The notes beneath the pieces are model-generated. The model had not been told where the DNA came from. It did no database searches and saw only the letters and a list, made by a program, of their open reading frames with translations. A DNA stretch of 64,000 nucleotides from Promethearchaeota archaeon (GTDB lineage Archaea; Asgardarchaeota; Thorarchaeia; Thorarchaeales; Thorarchaeaceae). Location of the stretch: the NCBI GenBank assembly GCA_048939765.1, contig JBHLPF010000005.1:1-64000 (forward strand). The letters are read 5' to 3'. Position numbers and translations under genes: made by a program. Shown piece by piece: positions 19,878 through 30,076 of this stretch (position 1 is its first letter; every line of letters begins with the position of its first letter).

Positions 19878-20765
19878 TTATGAGTCCTGTACTATCTGTG
19901 TTCTCTTTCCTCTCTCATCCAGAAGCTGCTTGATCATCTCAACAGCCAATCCAACTGGATTTCTTCCGCTCCCGAAGAATTCCAGCACGTCAGGATCATC
20001 ACATCTCCACGTCCCTCGAGTCCATTCTGAGAAATAGCCTCTGAGCATATCGCCACCATGCAGTCCAAGCAAAGCACGTCGTAGTGCTCTCAAGAGCACC
20101 GCCCAAAATGGGCGGCCTCCGTAATATGCAACTCTTCCCATTCTTAGTGCTCCACGCGGAGTTATGTTCGTAGAAGGTCGAACTTGATGAACTGGAAAGT
20201 GCAATACATCAACGTCATAGCCCTGTGCCAATGCTTTAATGTTGTAAAATGTGTCCGGGCAGAAGTCCCAGAACTGTTGAATTTCCCTCACGATACTCCA
20301 TCGTATCATCTTACCACTGTTCATTGGTTGTGCAACAAGACTTTCTTTCCACTCACCGATTATATAGCCTGAGATTGCACCGAGGTTGGGATTGTTATCC
20401 AAAATCCAACATGAACGTTTGAAGTAGTTGGAACATGGTTCCGAATCAACGTCGAGGATTGCCATATAGTCAATCCCCATTGCATCAATTCGCTCTCTAA
20501 CTCTCCTCAACACCTTTTCGTGAGTCTTACCTAGGGTGAAGAAATTGGCCTGAGCTTTCGTAGGCATTCTTTCAACGATGACATTCAAATCAGGATGTGC
20601 CCCAGCTTGCTCGATTATCGTATCGTATGTGCTATCTGTGGAACCATCCTCCATCCAAAGCCAAGCAGCTGGTCTTTTTGTCTGTCTGCTGACATTCCTA
20701 AAGGCAATCGGAATCCTCTCTGCCTCATTCCACACATTAGTCACTAAGATATAGTTCGATGTCAT
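19878..20765 (-). CDS. GT2 family glycosyltransferase
   Basis: VTNVWNE, EDGSTD, LDVD (DxD); start probably MTSNYILV. Confidence 0.85.
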   Translation of the reverse strand: MTSNYILVTNVWNEAERIPIAFRNVSRQTKRPAAWLWMEDGSTDSTYDTIIEQAGAHPDLNVIVERMPTKAQANFFTLGKTHEKVLRRVRERIDAMGIDYMAILDVDSEPCSNYFKRSCWILDNNPNLGAISGYIIGEWKESLVAQPMNSGKMIRWSIVREIQQFWDFCPDTFYNIKALAQGYDVDVLHFPVHQVRPSTNITPRGALRMGRVAYYGGRPFWAVLLRALRRALLGLHGGDMLRGYFSEWTRGTWRCDDPDVLEFFGSGRNPVGLAVEMIKQLLDERGKRTQIVQDS

Positions 20766-21065
20766 TCCTTCCGGAGATGTACATAGGTCGCTGCAGAAAT
20801 CGCAGTATTTGGCATAGAGCTGATTTCGTTTACTGTGGCTCATATCAGATAGCATCTCGGTCAGTGCTCTGTCTTGCGACGCACAGCCATATGAGGATGA
20901 CTATTATTCAATAGAACATTCCTCGATTGTGCCGCCCGTGACATTGAGTACTACTATCCTCTTACAGCTCTCACTTGAGATACCAAGTGCATTCTTCTTG
21001 GGACAATTCTGCGACCTACACGAGCTTTATGTGGGAGCATAGTAGCCCACAATCTGGGAAGAGTC

Positions 21066-21548
21066 TTGAAGCGATTTGCTGCTGTGTTAGGTGGAGGTGG
21101 TCACTCATCCGAAACCCTTTCTCTAGTAGACCTCCTAGGTGGGAGCTATGCCTATTTCTATCTCATTAACGTGCTTGACCGGTTGACTCCCAAGAAGATT
21201 CGTATTCCTGGTATGATTCTTCCAGTCTTTGCTCCTCGTCTTCTCCCTCAAGACTCAAGAATCATGTCAGTTATTCGAACCTTGATAACATTCTTGCTAT
21301 CAATCATTTACTTCCTAATCTATCGACCAGTGGCTGTCGTTAGCTGCGGAGGAGGAATCACAGTACCAGTGTTTTTTGCTGCACGAGCTACAGGTGTGAA
21401 GACAGTGTTCATCGAGAGCATGGCTCGTGTTGATACTCTTTCAATTACTGGAAGGATGCTATTGCACAAGACCGATCTATTCTTTGTACAATGGGAAGCA
21501 TTAGCAACTAGGACGCCGGGAACCATATATGGAGGGCAGCTTCTTTGA
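21066..21548 (+). CDS. Alg14/PssD-like glycosyltransferase acceptor subunit
   Basis: LGGGGHSSE, VFIESMARV..LSITGR, FFVQWE; TTG start. Confidence 0.88.
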   Translation: MKRFAAVLGGGGHSSETLSLVDLLGGSYAYFYLINVLDRLTPKKIRIPGMILPVFAPRLLPQDSRIMSVIRTLITFLLSIIYFLIYRPVAVVSCGGGITVPVFFAARATGVKTVFIESMARVDTLSITGRMLLHKTDLFFVQWEALATRTPGTIYGGQLL

Positions 21549-22000
21549 TCTTCGTAACAGTGGGATCCGCTCGTTTTGATCCCCTAATACAACGAATGGA
21601 TGAATTGGTTGGTGAGGGGGCACTTGCCGACTCTGTGATTGCCCAAATAGGTAGAGGATCTTATGTCCCAGTGAATATTCGGTATTTTCGTTTCCTAAAA
21701 TCACTGGTACCAGCCTATGATGTTGCTGAAGTGATAGTCAGTACTGGGGGGGTGGGTACAACAATCGAATGCATAAAGAGAGGGCTTCGATTTGTAGTTG
21801 TTGAGAATACCACTCTCATGGAAGGCCATCAAGTAGAGCTCATTAGAGAAATTGCTCGAAGAGGTCATCTCGTCTGGTGTCAAGATCTAGACAATCTTCC
21901 GCATTGCATTGAAGAAGCTAAAACTAGAGAATTCAGACCATATAAGCCCGATACTCCTCGTGTTCATCTGGTGATACAAGATTTGCTGGATAATACATGA
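21545..22000 (+). CDS. Alg13/PssE-like glycosyltransferase catalytic subunit (GT28 C-terminal domain)
   Basis: MIFVTVGS..FD.L, AQIG, GGVGT, EGHQVE; overlaps the alg14-like stop. Confidence 0.88.
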   Translation: MIFVTVGSARFDPLIQRMDELVGEGALADSVIAQIGRGSYVPVNIRYFRFLKSLVPAYDVAEVIVSTGGVGTTIECIKRGLRFVVVENTTLMEGHQVELIREIARRGHLVWCQDLDNLPHCIEEAKTREFRPYKPDTPRVHLVIQDLLDNT

Positions 22001-22248
22001 TTTTGACTTATCCTCCATAGTATTCCATTAATTGGCGCCAAACACAGATATGATGCCCTCCTCCTATGGATGAATTTCCGCAATTTCATACCGGGGTATA
22101 TATGAAAGTCATACGCCAGCTACATGGGAATATTGCCTGGATTTAATGTTCTCTTTATATTGAAAACCATACCCTTATTTCCATCGGAAACGAAGGTCAG
22201 TTGATACTAATTCCTTAGACAACATGAAAAACACTGAGATGAGACATC

Positions 22249-23010
22249 TTGAGCACGACAACACAGAAGAAGAAAAAGAAAAAGCCGGAACTACTGAGGC
22301 CCACTGGTGTGGGACTTTCAGTGAAGCTCTACAAATACGAAGGGACCAAGAGTAATGCCGCTCAGATCGCGACTGCGCTAAAGAAGGTCAAATATGCGCC
22401 AGAGAGCAAGCAACATGCTGGAGCAGGGTTTACCAAAGTGAGTGCGACAGGCAAGACTGTTCAGGGCGAGATTATTGCGGGATTCAAAGTGCCTATTCTG
22501 ACCTATGGTTCAGGCGGCAGATTGGAAACAGTACATTACATAAGTGTCAGCAAAGCACAGGTACTAGTCAAGACCGGAAAGGGCACTGTTGAAGTAAGAG
22601 GCTCAGAGCGTATCGCTAGGAAGTTCCAAATGTTATTGGAGGAACATACGGGTGCCAAGCTTACTCCTCTGAATCTCAATTCTGAGGCAGTGAAAGAGGT
22701 CTATGGTGCTGCTACTGATATCGCGTCAGTCATGCTTTCTGGTGTCGAGAGAGGAAATCTCACACAAGCGGAGTTCCGCGGCATTTCTATCAAGAACGAG
22801 GCTGAGATTGGTCTTTACACTCGCAAGTATAGAGGAGAGATTTCACGTTTCCGTGGCACATTTCCATATCCAAGCGGTGCCCAGCATACGACGACTGTCA
22901 ATGCTGACCTTGGTTCGTTGATGATCTATCGCAGCGGTGAAGGCATAGCAGAAAAGGATCTGAATTGGATTGTAGGTTTGATGGAGGACGCCGCTCTAAA
23001 CCACGGCTAA
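22249..23010 (+). CDS. Hypothetical basic protein
   Basis: 253-aa ORF, N-terminal KKKKKK run. Confidence 0.7.
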   Translation: MSTTTQKKKKKKPELLRPTGVGLSVKLYKYEGTKSNAAQIATALKKVKYAPESKQHAGAGFTKVSATGKTVQGEIIAGFKVPILTYGSGGRLETVHYISVSKAQVLVKTGKGTVEVRGSERIARKFQMLLEEHTGAKLTPLNLNSEAVKEVYGAATDIASVMLSGVERGNLTQAEFRGISIKNEAEIGLYTRKYRGEISRFRGTFPYPSGAQHTTTVNADLGSLMIYRSGEGIAEKDLNWIVGLMEDAALNHG

Positions 23011-23070
23011 TCTGGGTAGGCCTAGATCGCCTTCCCGATTCTTGCTTTCCAACCCAGAAGCTATCTCTAG

Positions 23071-23367
23071 CTATAACCATTCATCTGTATCTCTCTTGAC
23101 ACCGATGATGGTCCGCGTGTTGTCTAGATAGAATCGCGTCTTGTCTCGGAACTTAGGCCAAAACTCAAAGAATCGCTCAGGGTTCTCGACTTCTATGAGA
23201 AGAAATCCATTCCAATCACTTCCCCATGCATGTCGATAATCCCCCAAGATTCTGATGTCGCTTGGCCAGTCATCCTTTGAAAAGATGGTCCAGAATTTCT
23301 TGGCCTTCTTTGCTTTTTCTTCATCCATTAACTGAAATCTGTAGAACACAATGAACGCATACGTCAT
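23071..23367 (-). CDS. Small hypothetical protein, probable dimeric alpha-beta barrel (ferredoxin-like) fold
   Basis: beta-alpha-beta-beta-alpha-beta pattern, AWGSDWNGFLLIE. Confidence 0.55.
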   Translation of the reverse strand: MTYAFIVFYRFQLMDEEKAKKAKKFWTIFSKDDWPSDIRILGDYRHAWGSDWNGFLLIEVENPERFFEFWPKFRDKTRFYLDNTRTIIGVKRDTDEWL

Positions 23368-23437
23368 CCTAGTCCCCGAAAATCACATGCGTTCGGTGAA
23401 TTAAAAAGATTGAGCACTGGCAAGAATTCGGTGAGTC

Positions 23438-24169
23438 ATGTCTTCTAGAGAGCCTGATATTGTCGGACGCGAATTCAAGCATGGAAAAGTTGCATATGGC
23501 TTTCGGTGGAATAAGACTCATCATGAGCGAATGGGAAAGGACGAGGGGGATCTTGCTTCCTTATGGGCTCACATGACAAATATCACCTCCGGGAGAGTTC
23601 CCTCTGCACCATTCTCCGATCCATTTTACGAGAGGGCTTCTTCCCTGAAGTTGACAAAGATGAACGCTGCAAAGAAGGCAGCTATGAAGAGCCGCCTATT
23701 CAGAATAGGATCTGTGAAGAGTTTCATGGATAGTGATCTCATTAGCAAGCTAAGGAACTATCATCGAGCAACCAATAATCTAAGTTACAATGCTGACCAC
23801 GGAATAATGACAGAATTCCTGCATCAAGACCCTAATACTATAGCAATCGAAGTACCCGTATGGTCTGACCGATATCGTCTATCAGGGCATATAGACCTCC
23901 TTAGATTCGTAGGATCTACCGTTGAGGTGTGTGATTACAAACCAGGGCCTATGCATTCCACCAGCAATCGATTCTTGGAATCAATACCGCAAATTGCGGC
24001 ATACGGCGAGATGATGGCTCATCATCTGGCAGGCACTCTGAGAAGCGCCTTTGATGCGCCACTTCTCCCCAAAATCCGCTGCTGTATCTTTGACACACAT
24101 GCTTGTTGGGAGTTCGGTGCTGAAATGTTTGTGACTCTATTGGAATCTGACAAGATATCTGGCTTTTAA
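23438..24169 (+). CDS. PD-(D/E)XK (RecB-like) nuclease family protein
   Basis: IEVPV..GHIDLL..VCDYKP..PQIAAYG. Confidence 0.8.
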   Translation: MSSREPDIVGREFKHGKVAYGFRWNKTHHERMGKDEGDLASLWAHMTNITSGRVPSAPFSDPFYERASSLKLTKMNAAKKAAMKSRLFRIGSVKSFMDSDLISKLRNYHRATNNLSYNADHGIMTEFLHQDPNTIAIEVPVWSDRYRLSGHIDLLRFVGSTVEVCDYKPGPMHSTSNRFLESIPQIAAYGEMMAHHLAGTLRSAFDAPLLPKIRCCIFDTHACWEFGAEMFVTLLESDKISGF

Positions 24170-25002
24170 TTCTGGCTGTTCTTGACAATCGCCATAGTCA
24201 CATTTTCTTCTATGCTAAGCGATCCTGTATCAGGATTCTTGGTCTTCAGTAGGATTGTGGGCCTCTGTGAAACAAGTCCTTCTCGAACTCGTGAGAAGTA
24301 GTTCTCGCTCAGAACACCAAAACGACCTAGCGCAGGGTCAACCGGAACCCATCCTCTTCTCTCCAGGAAAATCTCGCACCATGCATGTGGTTCTGGCATG
24401 GTTTGCTTCTTGAAGAAGTGTCCAATGACTCGTCTAGAGGGAATCTTGACTGCTCTCGCAAGTGCGATGAATAGGTCAGCATGCTCATCACAATCGCCCT
24501 CCTTTTCCATCGCTGCCCTCGCTGCTCCTATTCTCTCATCTAGATGAGTCTTTAGCTTCACGCGCTCTCGAACCACTTGAAATGCAAGCCTACCATATGA
24601 GAGATCTCCATCACTCTTCTCTGCGATGCTCTGAGACAATGTCTGAATGATCGGGCTTTCCACTTCCCAGTATTTCTGCATAGAGCTGTACATACCGACA
24701 GTCTGCTTCCTGATTGATTCGGGTATCGACTGTTGCTCAATCAGCCAATCTCTAGTCGTGGTGTCTATTCGCAAAATCGCAGTGGGAGAGAATGCTTCAC
24801 CAGGGCTAATCTCCGGAACCTTCATGACTGCAACAATATTCTTCTCTGCTCGCTCCATCACCCTAGCTGGAGGAAAGACATCAATCATCTCAACAAATTG
24901 ATTGTCCATGTCAGTAAAGAGATGCCAAATAAGCCGGCCATTACGAATCTTGGATTTTCCGCGATTTAGTATATCGGCTTGCATCTCAATACGTAATCTC
25001 AC
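24166..25002 (-). CDS. Transglutaminase-like (Cys-His-Asp) domain protein
   Basis: GDCDEHA, HAWCE, WVPVDP. Confidence 0.88.
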   Translation of the reverse strand: MRLRIEMQADILNRGKSKIRNGRLIWHLFTDMDNQFVEMIDVFPPARVMERAEKNIVAVMKVPEISPGEAFSPTAILRIDTTTRDWLIEQQSIPESIRKQTVGMYSSMQKYWEVESPIIQTLSQSIAEKSDGDLSYGRLAFQVVRERVKLKTHLDERIGAARAAMEKEGDCDEHADLFIALARAVKIPSRRVIGHFFKKQTMPEPHAWCEIFLERRGWVPVDPALGRFGVLSENYFSRVREGLVSQRPTILLKTKNPDTGSLSIEENVTMAIVKNSQN

Positions 25003-25114
25003 TACCTGGCCTCGCTTAATTCGAACAAGTCGTTCCTACTGCGAATAGATTTATGTGTTGTCTGCTACTCCAGTCCTATTGCCTCAATGATTGATAGGTT
25101 AGCGAGGTTCGTTT

Positions 25115-26572
25115 ATGAGCAAAGATCCTAAGGACTCCCCTGACCGAACAGGAGTGGTCGACGAATTACTTGAGGAACTTGGTGTCGATGACAGTTTGAA
25201 AAAGGAGCTCATCGATTCAGGACGACTACAGACTGATGTATTCATGGTAGAGTCTGCAGAACAAGTTCGACGGCGTTTGGAGATAGAACGAAGCGCTGAA
25301 AGGCTCAGAGATAGTCTTGTTCTCCTAGAACGCAGCATGATGAAGGTCGATGCTACAGTTGACAGAGTCGAACGTGATTTGGTACCAGTTGTCCTCTCAT
25401 TCTTGGTCGGGCTAAAAGGGAACCTTGTGAATCTCAGGACGACGATTATCGGCCGGAGCAAACGTAGAGCTAAGACGAACTTGCAGGCCTCATATGTTGA
25501 AACAGAGGTAAAGTCCATCGTAGAGGAAGAGTTTGAGAGAGTTGAGGAAACACTCACCACAGGAATGTCTGCCCCAATAATGGAGAAGGTGAAAGACATC
25601 ACTGATGGCCTTAAGGGTTCCATGAAGACTACGTTTGAGGAAATGACCACTCTGAAGTCAAGTGTGGATGGTTTTACACAGCGTGCAACAACGGAGCTTG
25701 AGTTCCTCTCTAAGGAACTACTGATGAAGCCAAAGGAAATCACTTCTGCCGAACTCACTAGCAAGGTCAAGGAACTCGAAAGACAAGTGGAGGAGCTCAC
25801 ACGTGATCTTGGCGTCGCTGAGGAGCGCCTGAAGAACAGAGAAGAGGAGATTGCCAGAGTTCAGAGTGATTTCATTGAGGCCAAAGCCAAAGAGGACTTG
25901 CTTGAAGAGACCATTGCGAAGATGAGAGCTGCTCCGCAGGTTGATGCAGATGTTCTTGTTGACCTCCGACAAAAGGTGAAGTCTCTGGAAACCGAACGTG
26001 ATCTCCTGACAAAGAGAGTGGGAGAGGAAGAGACTCGTGCTACCACTGCAGAGAAGGCGGCGGCTGAACACAGATCAATCGTTTCAAAGAAGGAGATTGA
26101 GATTGGTGACTTAAAGGCTCAAGCAGCTGGACTTCAGACTCAAATCGATTCTACTAGAGAACAACTGCTTGAGGTGGATGAACTTCGAGCCCGCCTTCGT
26201 TCATATGAGTCGGGAGATAAAATGCGAGAGCTTGAACGACTACACAGTGACTACGATCGAATCAATGCCACCTTTGAACGACTGAAGAAGGACCATAACA
26301 AGACCCTTGCAAGATTGCGATATACACAGCTACGTTTGGATGGATATCTCGGGCTGATGGAATCAACTGACAAAACAAAGGGCTTTCTAATGGTTGAAGA
26401 GAATAATGAGATGTCCGTGAAAGCGATAGCTAATTCATTAGGTGTGTCCCAACCCATAGTCAGGAAATGGGCTGAGGACTACCAGAAGCTTGGTATTGCA
26501 CAAATCAAGGGTGACGGAGAAACAATAGTCCTAGACAAGATGCTAGTAGTGTTGGAAGAGGATGAAGAGTAG
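25115..26572 (+). CDS. Long coiled-coil protein with C-terminal winged helix
   Basis: ~250 aa of heptad-rich E/K/R/L sequence; MSVKAIANSLGVSQPIVRKWAEDYQKLGIA. Confidence 0.75.
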   Translation: MSKDPKDSPDRTGVVDELLEELGVDDSLKKELIDSGRLQTDVFMVESAEQVRRRLEIERSAERLRDSLVLLERSMMKVDATVDRVERDLVPVVLSFLVGLKGNLVNLRTTIIGRSKRRAKTNLQASYVETEVKSIVEEEFERVEETLTTGMSAPIMEKVKDITDGLKGSMKTTFEEMTTLKSSVDGFTQRATTELEFLSKELLMKPKEITSAELTSKVKELERQVEELTRDLGVAEERLKNREEEIARVQSDFIEAKAKEDLLEETIAKMRAAPQVDADVLVDLRQKVKSLETERDLLTKRVGEEETRATTAEKAAAEHRSIVSKKEIEIGDLKAQAAGLQTQIDSTREQLLEVDELRARLRSYESGDKMRELERLHSDYDRINATFERLKKDHNKTLARLRYTQLRLDGYLGLMESTDKTKGFLMVEENNEMSVKAIANSLGVSQPIVRKWAEDYQKLGIAQIKGDGETIVLDKMLVVLEEDEE

Positions 26573-26576
26573 TACT

Positions 26577-27032
26577 CTACGCTTTCTGCACCTTTCCAAA
26601 AAACTGGACTATCTCTAGGAGTCCATCTATCTGTAACACGCTTTCGTAGAGTTTCTCAATCCCTTCCGAGCTGATTGAACTAGTCATGTATTGCTTCATA
26701 GCGGGTTTCAGGACATCCTGCACGAAGGCCCTTCTTAGACATTCAAGGGCGTTAATTAGCTGAGAGCTGAGTTGACCAGATTCAAGAGCATTCTTGACAG
26801 TAAGATACTGCTCTCTACATTTCTTGGATGCAACGTGCTTTTTCCTCGGTCCTTCCAAAGCTTGCCTTGCAAGAGAGAAATATTGATCCGTGGCTTTGTT
26901 GAAGTCGGTTACTGCCAGATATTTGGTTTCTGAACACCGACTAAGGAACAGTCTGGTTCTATCTGTAACTGATCCAAATAGACCGCTGAGTGTTTCGAGC
27001 TCCCTAGGCGTCTTCAACAGAAGGACCATCAA
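26577..27032 (-). CDS. Hypothetical helical protein
   Basis: 151-aa ORF filling the gap between neighbours. Confidence 0.6.
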   Translation of the reverse strand: MMVLLLKTPRELETLSGLFGSVTDRTRLFLSRCSETKYLAVTDFNKATDQYFSLARQALEGPRKKHVASKKCREQYLTVKNALESGQLSSQLINALECLRRAFVQDVLKPAMKQYMTSSISSEGIEKLYESVLQIDGLLEIVQFFGKVQKA

Positions 27033-27125
27033 TAAATAGGCCAGAACTCATTTTAATTTTCACTCGCGATTTTGTGCTCACACACCATAAGACGAATAAG
27101 AGTCGACGGGAATGAAACCTTGATT

Positions 27126-28172
27126 ATGAAAGAAGCGGTGCTCTATTCCAGCCTTAAGGAAGGAGTCAGATGTGATCTATGCGCCCGGAGGTGTGTCATA
27201 CATGAGGGCGAGACCGGATTTTGTAGAGTAAGAAGTCTGAAGGAATCCAAGCTATACACATCCGTCTATGGGCTGATTGATGGAATGGCAGCTGATCCAA
27301 TAGAGAAGAAACCGCTGTTTCACTTTGCACCTGGTTCTAGAACGTTTTCTATTAGTACCTCTTCGTGTAATTTCAGATGTCAATTCTGCTTGAACTATCA
27401 TTCCTCACACCGTGAGAGTCCAGTAGGTCACCAAATGAGTCCTGAAGCAATTGTCACTCAGGCTGAACGAACAGACTGCGCTGGAATAACGTACACATAT
27501 ACTGAGCCCACAATCTTCATGGAGCTTGCACATGATACTGCAAAGATAGCAAACTCGAAGGGAATGTTCAACACATTTGTCACAAATGGCTACATGACAG
27601 AAGAGGCGGTAGATTACATAGCACCGTATCTTGATGCAGCATCTGTGAACCTCAAGGGGAGTGCCAACAAGGAGTTCATGCAACAATACATGGAAGTTCC
27701 TAAGCCTGAACCTATCTATAATTCAATGGCCCGTATGAGAGAGAAGGGCATCTTCATAGAAATCACAAATCTGATTATTCCCGAGATTGGCGATCATGAA
27801 GACGACACAAGAGCATTAGCAGAGTGGGTGGTGGATATTCTTGGCCCTAGAACTCCACTTCACATCATTGCATTCTCTCCCACTTTTAAGATTACGAACA
27901 TTCCCCGAACTCCAGCAAGAATGTTGGAGAAACACATCAAGATAGCAAAAGAGGTAGGATTGACTTTTGTATACTCTGGAAACATTGGTGGACATGACTA
28001 TGAGAATACCTACTGTCCAGAATGCGGCTTTAGGGCTGTAGAACGCTATGGAGTCTATTTGAAAAAGAACCATCTGAATGAACAGGGTCATTGTCCGAAA
28101 TGCAATGCAGACCTGAATATTCAGGGAGTGCAATGGATGGGCGAAGGTACTCCACGTTTGACATTTTTCTAG
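27126..28172 (+). CDS. amrS: AmmeMemoRadiSam system radical SAM enzyme
   Basis: CDLCARRC, DPIEKKPLFHF, CNFRCQFC, YTYTEP, TYCPECG. Confidence 0.9.
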   Translation: MKEAVLYSSLKEGVRCDLCARRCVIHEGETGFCRVRSLKESKLYTSVYGLIDGMAADPIEKKPLFHFAPGSRTFSISTSSCNFRCQFCLNYHSSHRESPVGHQMSPEAIVTQAERTDCAGITYTYTEPTIFMELAHDTAKIANSKGMFNTFVTNGYMTEEAVDYIAPYLDAASVNLKGSANKEFMQQYMEVPKPEPIYNSMARMREKGIFIEITNLIIPEIGDHEDDTRALAEWVVDILGPRTPLHIIAFSPTFKITNIPRTPARMLEKHIKIAKEVGLTFVYSGNIGGHDYENTYCPECGFRAVERYGVYLKKNHLNEQGHCPKCNADLNIQGVQWMGEGTPRLTFF

Positions 28173-28183
28173 GAGTCTTCGAA

Positions 28184-29077
28184 ATGCAGGTGATGAATGT
28201 TCTCTGGCGACCTACAGGTCAGGACACCTTCGAATCCGGCATCAGGGTTTGGCCAGATGAATCAGACACCCCAATATTCCTGGCCCTACCCTCAGAGTAC
28301 GATGTGGAGTGGACCATCCTAGGGCCCAAGCGCTGTATTGGTCATTTGGATTCACAAGGCACGCCGGTGAGATGCCCTGAGAACAGTCTAGTTCGCAGAG
28401 GTATGCGTCGATGTGGTCCGTGTTCCGCAATGGACGAAATAGACCAATGCATTCGTTGTGATGGTAGCTACTGTAATGCGAGTGAAGAGCGAAAGGAGCG
28501 GTGCTTTTCAAGCGAATATGCCGTCTATCTTGCCGTCTTCAATGATGGTACTCTAAAGATTGGTGTTTCTTCGAGGTCTAGGGTAGAGACCAGATGGGTT
28601 GAACAGGGTGCAGACTATGGTGGAGTGATTGGGATCATCGAAGGAGGTTTGAGGGCCCGTCAGATTGAGCACAAACTGGGTGCTAGATCTGCTGTAAAGA
28701 AACAGGTCAGAGCTGAACGCAAGGCTATGCACCTCTTGAAGCCTATTGGTGGGGAAATAGCTCAAGAAATCGCTCAAGGATTTCTTGACACTGTCAAGGA
28801 GAAAGAGATTGAATCTGAAATCGCACTTCAGGACTTATCAGACCACTATCATATCGATTCATTGAACGCAGAACCTCAGAGATGGAGGTCGGGAAGAACT
28901 CCGGTCGAGGAACTGCAGTTAGCAGGACGGGTTGTAGGCATGAAAGGGTCATTGCTTGTAACCCGAATTGGTTCAGCTTTCACAGTTGCAAATCTGTCAG
29001 AGCTAATCGGCTACTCCATAGATGATGCTTCTGAGGTGCGAATTACTTCTCAAACAGGCCTTCTTGATTTCTTATGA
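28184..29077 (+). CDS. DUF2797-like Cys-rich protein
   Basis: Cys clusters, VYLA..KIGVS..RWVEQGA, GRVVGMKG. Confidence 0.75.
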   Translation: MQVMNVLWRPTGQDTFESGIRVWPDESDTPIFLALPSEYDVEWTILGPKRCIGHLDSQGTPVRCPENSLVRRGMRRCGPCSAMDEIDQCIRCDGSYCNASEERKERCFSSEYAVYLAVFNDGTLKIGVSSRSRVETRWVEQGADYGGVIGIIEGGLRARQIEHKLGARSAVKKQVRAERKAMHLLKPIGGEIAQEIAQGFLDTVKEKEIESEIALQDLSDHYHIDSLNAEPQRWRSGRTPVEELQLAGRVVGMKGSLLVTRIGSAFTVANLSELIGYSIDDASEVRITSQTGLLDFL

Positions 29078-29123
29078 TGTTCAGATAAGTTATATCTGGT
29101 CAATTGTCATGCCAGTAATTACG

Positions 29124-29981
29124 ATGAGTGAGTCAAAAGACCAAGGTGCAAAGGTCCGCTATCTCTCCTTAGTGAGAAGAGAGGGTGGTGAGCCAATAAT
29201 AGGCATCCCCTATCGTGAGATGTCTGTGGACCCGGATTTGGTCGCGAGTTTTGTGTTAGCTATCATCATTTTTGAGAACCGGCAATTGAAAACGTTCACC
29301 AAAGAAGGCTATGTGGTTGTCATCGAAGAAGGGAAATATGTGGTCGGACTACTCATCATTGACAAAGTCGAGGACGACACTGAATACCGACGAGCTTTGA
29401 TCAGACTCATTGAGCAATTTGAATCCGAATACGAAGTGCATCTGCAGAACTGGAAGGGTGACATACGTCCTTTCAGGGAGTATGCACTTACTATTCTCGG
29501 GATTTTCCCGTACCGAAGGCTCGATTGGGACTTGGTACCTCGAATGGTCACGAAGTCCGAGGCAACTCCTGATCTTCAGGCGGCCATACCTTGGAGTGTT
29601 GGAGAAACTGATGAGAAATTGCAGCTTATTTCAGGCTACATCAATGGCAAGCGAACAATCGGTGAGATAGTTGATCAGTCAGAAATACCTGAGGCCGAGG
29701 CATTGGCGCTTTTGTCAATGCTTGATCGGTATAAATGGATCACAATGAGTAGACGTTTGGAGGAGAAGAGTGTACTAGTGAAGGTAATGGAGCCACCCCT
29801 TCTACTACGAGGAGTATATGGGGACCAATTAACGGCTCTTGTGGAACTTTGTGATGGTACTAGGACTCTTCTCGAAATCTGTGAGTTGCTGCCGTATAAT
29901 ATGGAAGCAGTCAAAACAGTAGCAAAGAACCTGATAGATGCGGGGGTGCTGGGTTACTATGATTTGGAATTGGCCAAATAG
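29124..29981 (+). CDS. Longin-domain protein with two C-terminal winged-helix domains (NPRL2/3-like architecture)
   Basis: DPDLVASFVLAI...FESEY..LQNWKGDIRPF (Asgard-type longin); YINGKRTIGEI and CDGTRTLLEI wHTHs. Confidence 0.7.
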   Translation: MSESKDQGAKVRYLSLVRREGGEPIIGIPYREMSVDPDLVASFVLAIIIFENRQLKTFTKEGYVVVIEEGKYVVGLLIIDKVEDDTEYRRALIRLIEQFESEYEVHLQNWKGDIRPFREYALTILGIFPYRRLDWDLVPRMVTKSEATPDLQAAIPWSVGETDEKLQLISGYINGKRTIGEIVDQSEIPEAEALALLSMLDRYKWITMSRRLEEKSVLVKVMEPPLLLRGVYGDQLTALVELCDGTRTLLEICELLPYNMEAVKTVAKNLIDAGVLGYYDLELAK

Positions 29982-30076
29982 CAACCGTACTCACTCACCA
30001 ACAATTGCCATCAATACAGCATCGCCGCTCCAAGATGACTCTACGAATGAATACTGGATAGGAGGCATGACCTGCT

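Noticed and set aside
23438-24169. Cas4 / CRISPR system
   Set aside because: It lacks the Cas4 four-Cys Fe-S pattern; no cas genes or repeat-spacer array were seen.
24166-25002. Calling the transglutaminase-like gene a PNGase ortholog
   Set aside because: The catalytic triad is present, but the PNGase Zn-binding CxxC pairs are not evident and such proteins are widespread in archaea; mentioned only as context.
25099-25800. Long antisense ORFs (also 30154..30708, 43871..44329, 47415..47726, 59843..60280)
   Set aside because: Shadow frames opposite well-supported genes, with Ser-rich or low-complexity translations.
25115-26572. SMC/Rad50 ATPase
   Set aside because: No Walker A/B or signature motif; coiled coil and wHTH only.
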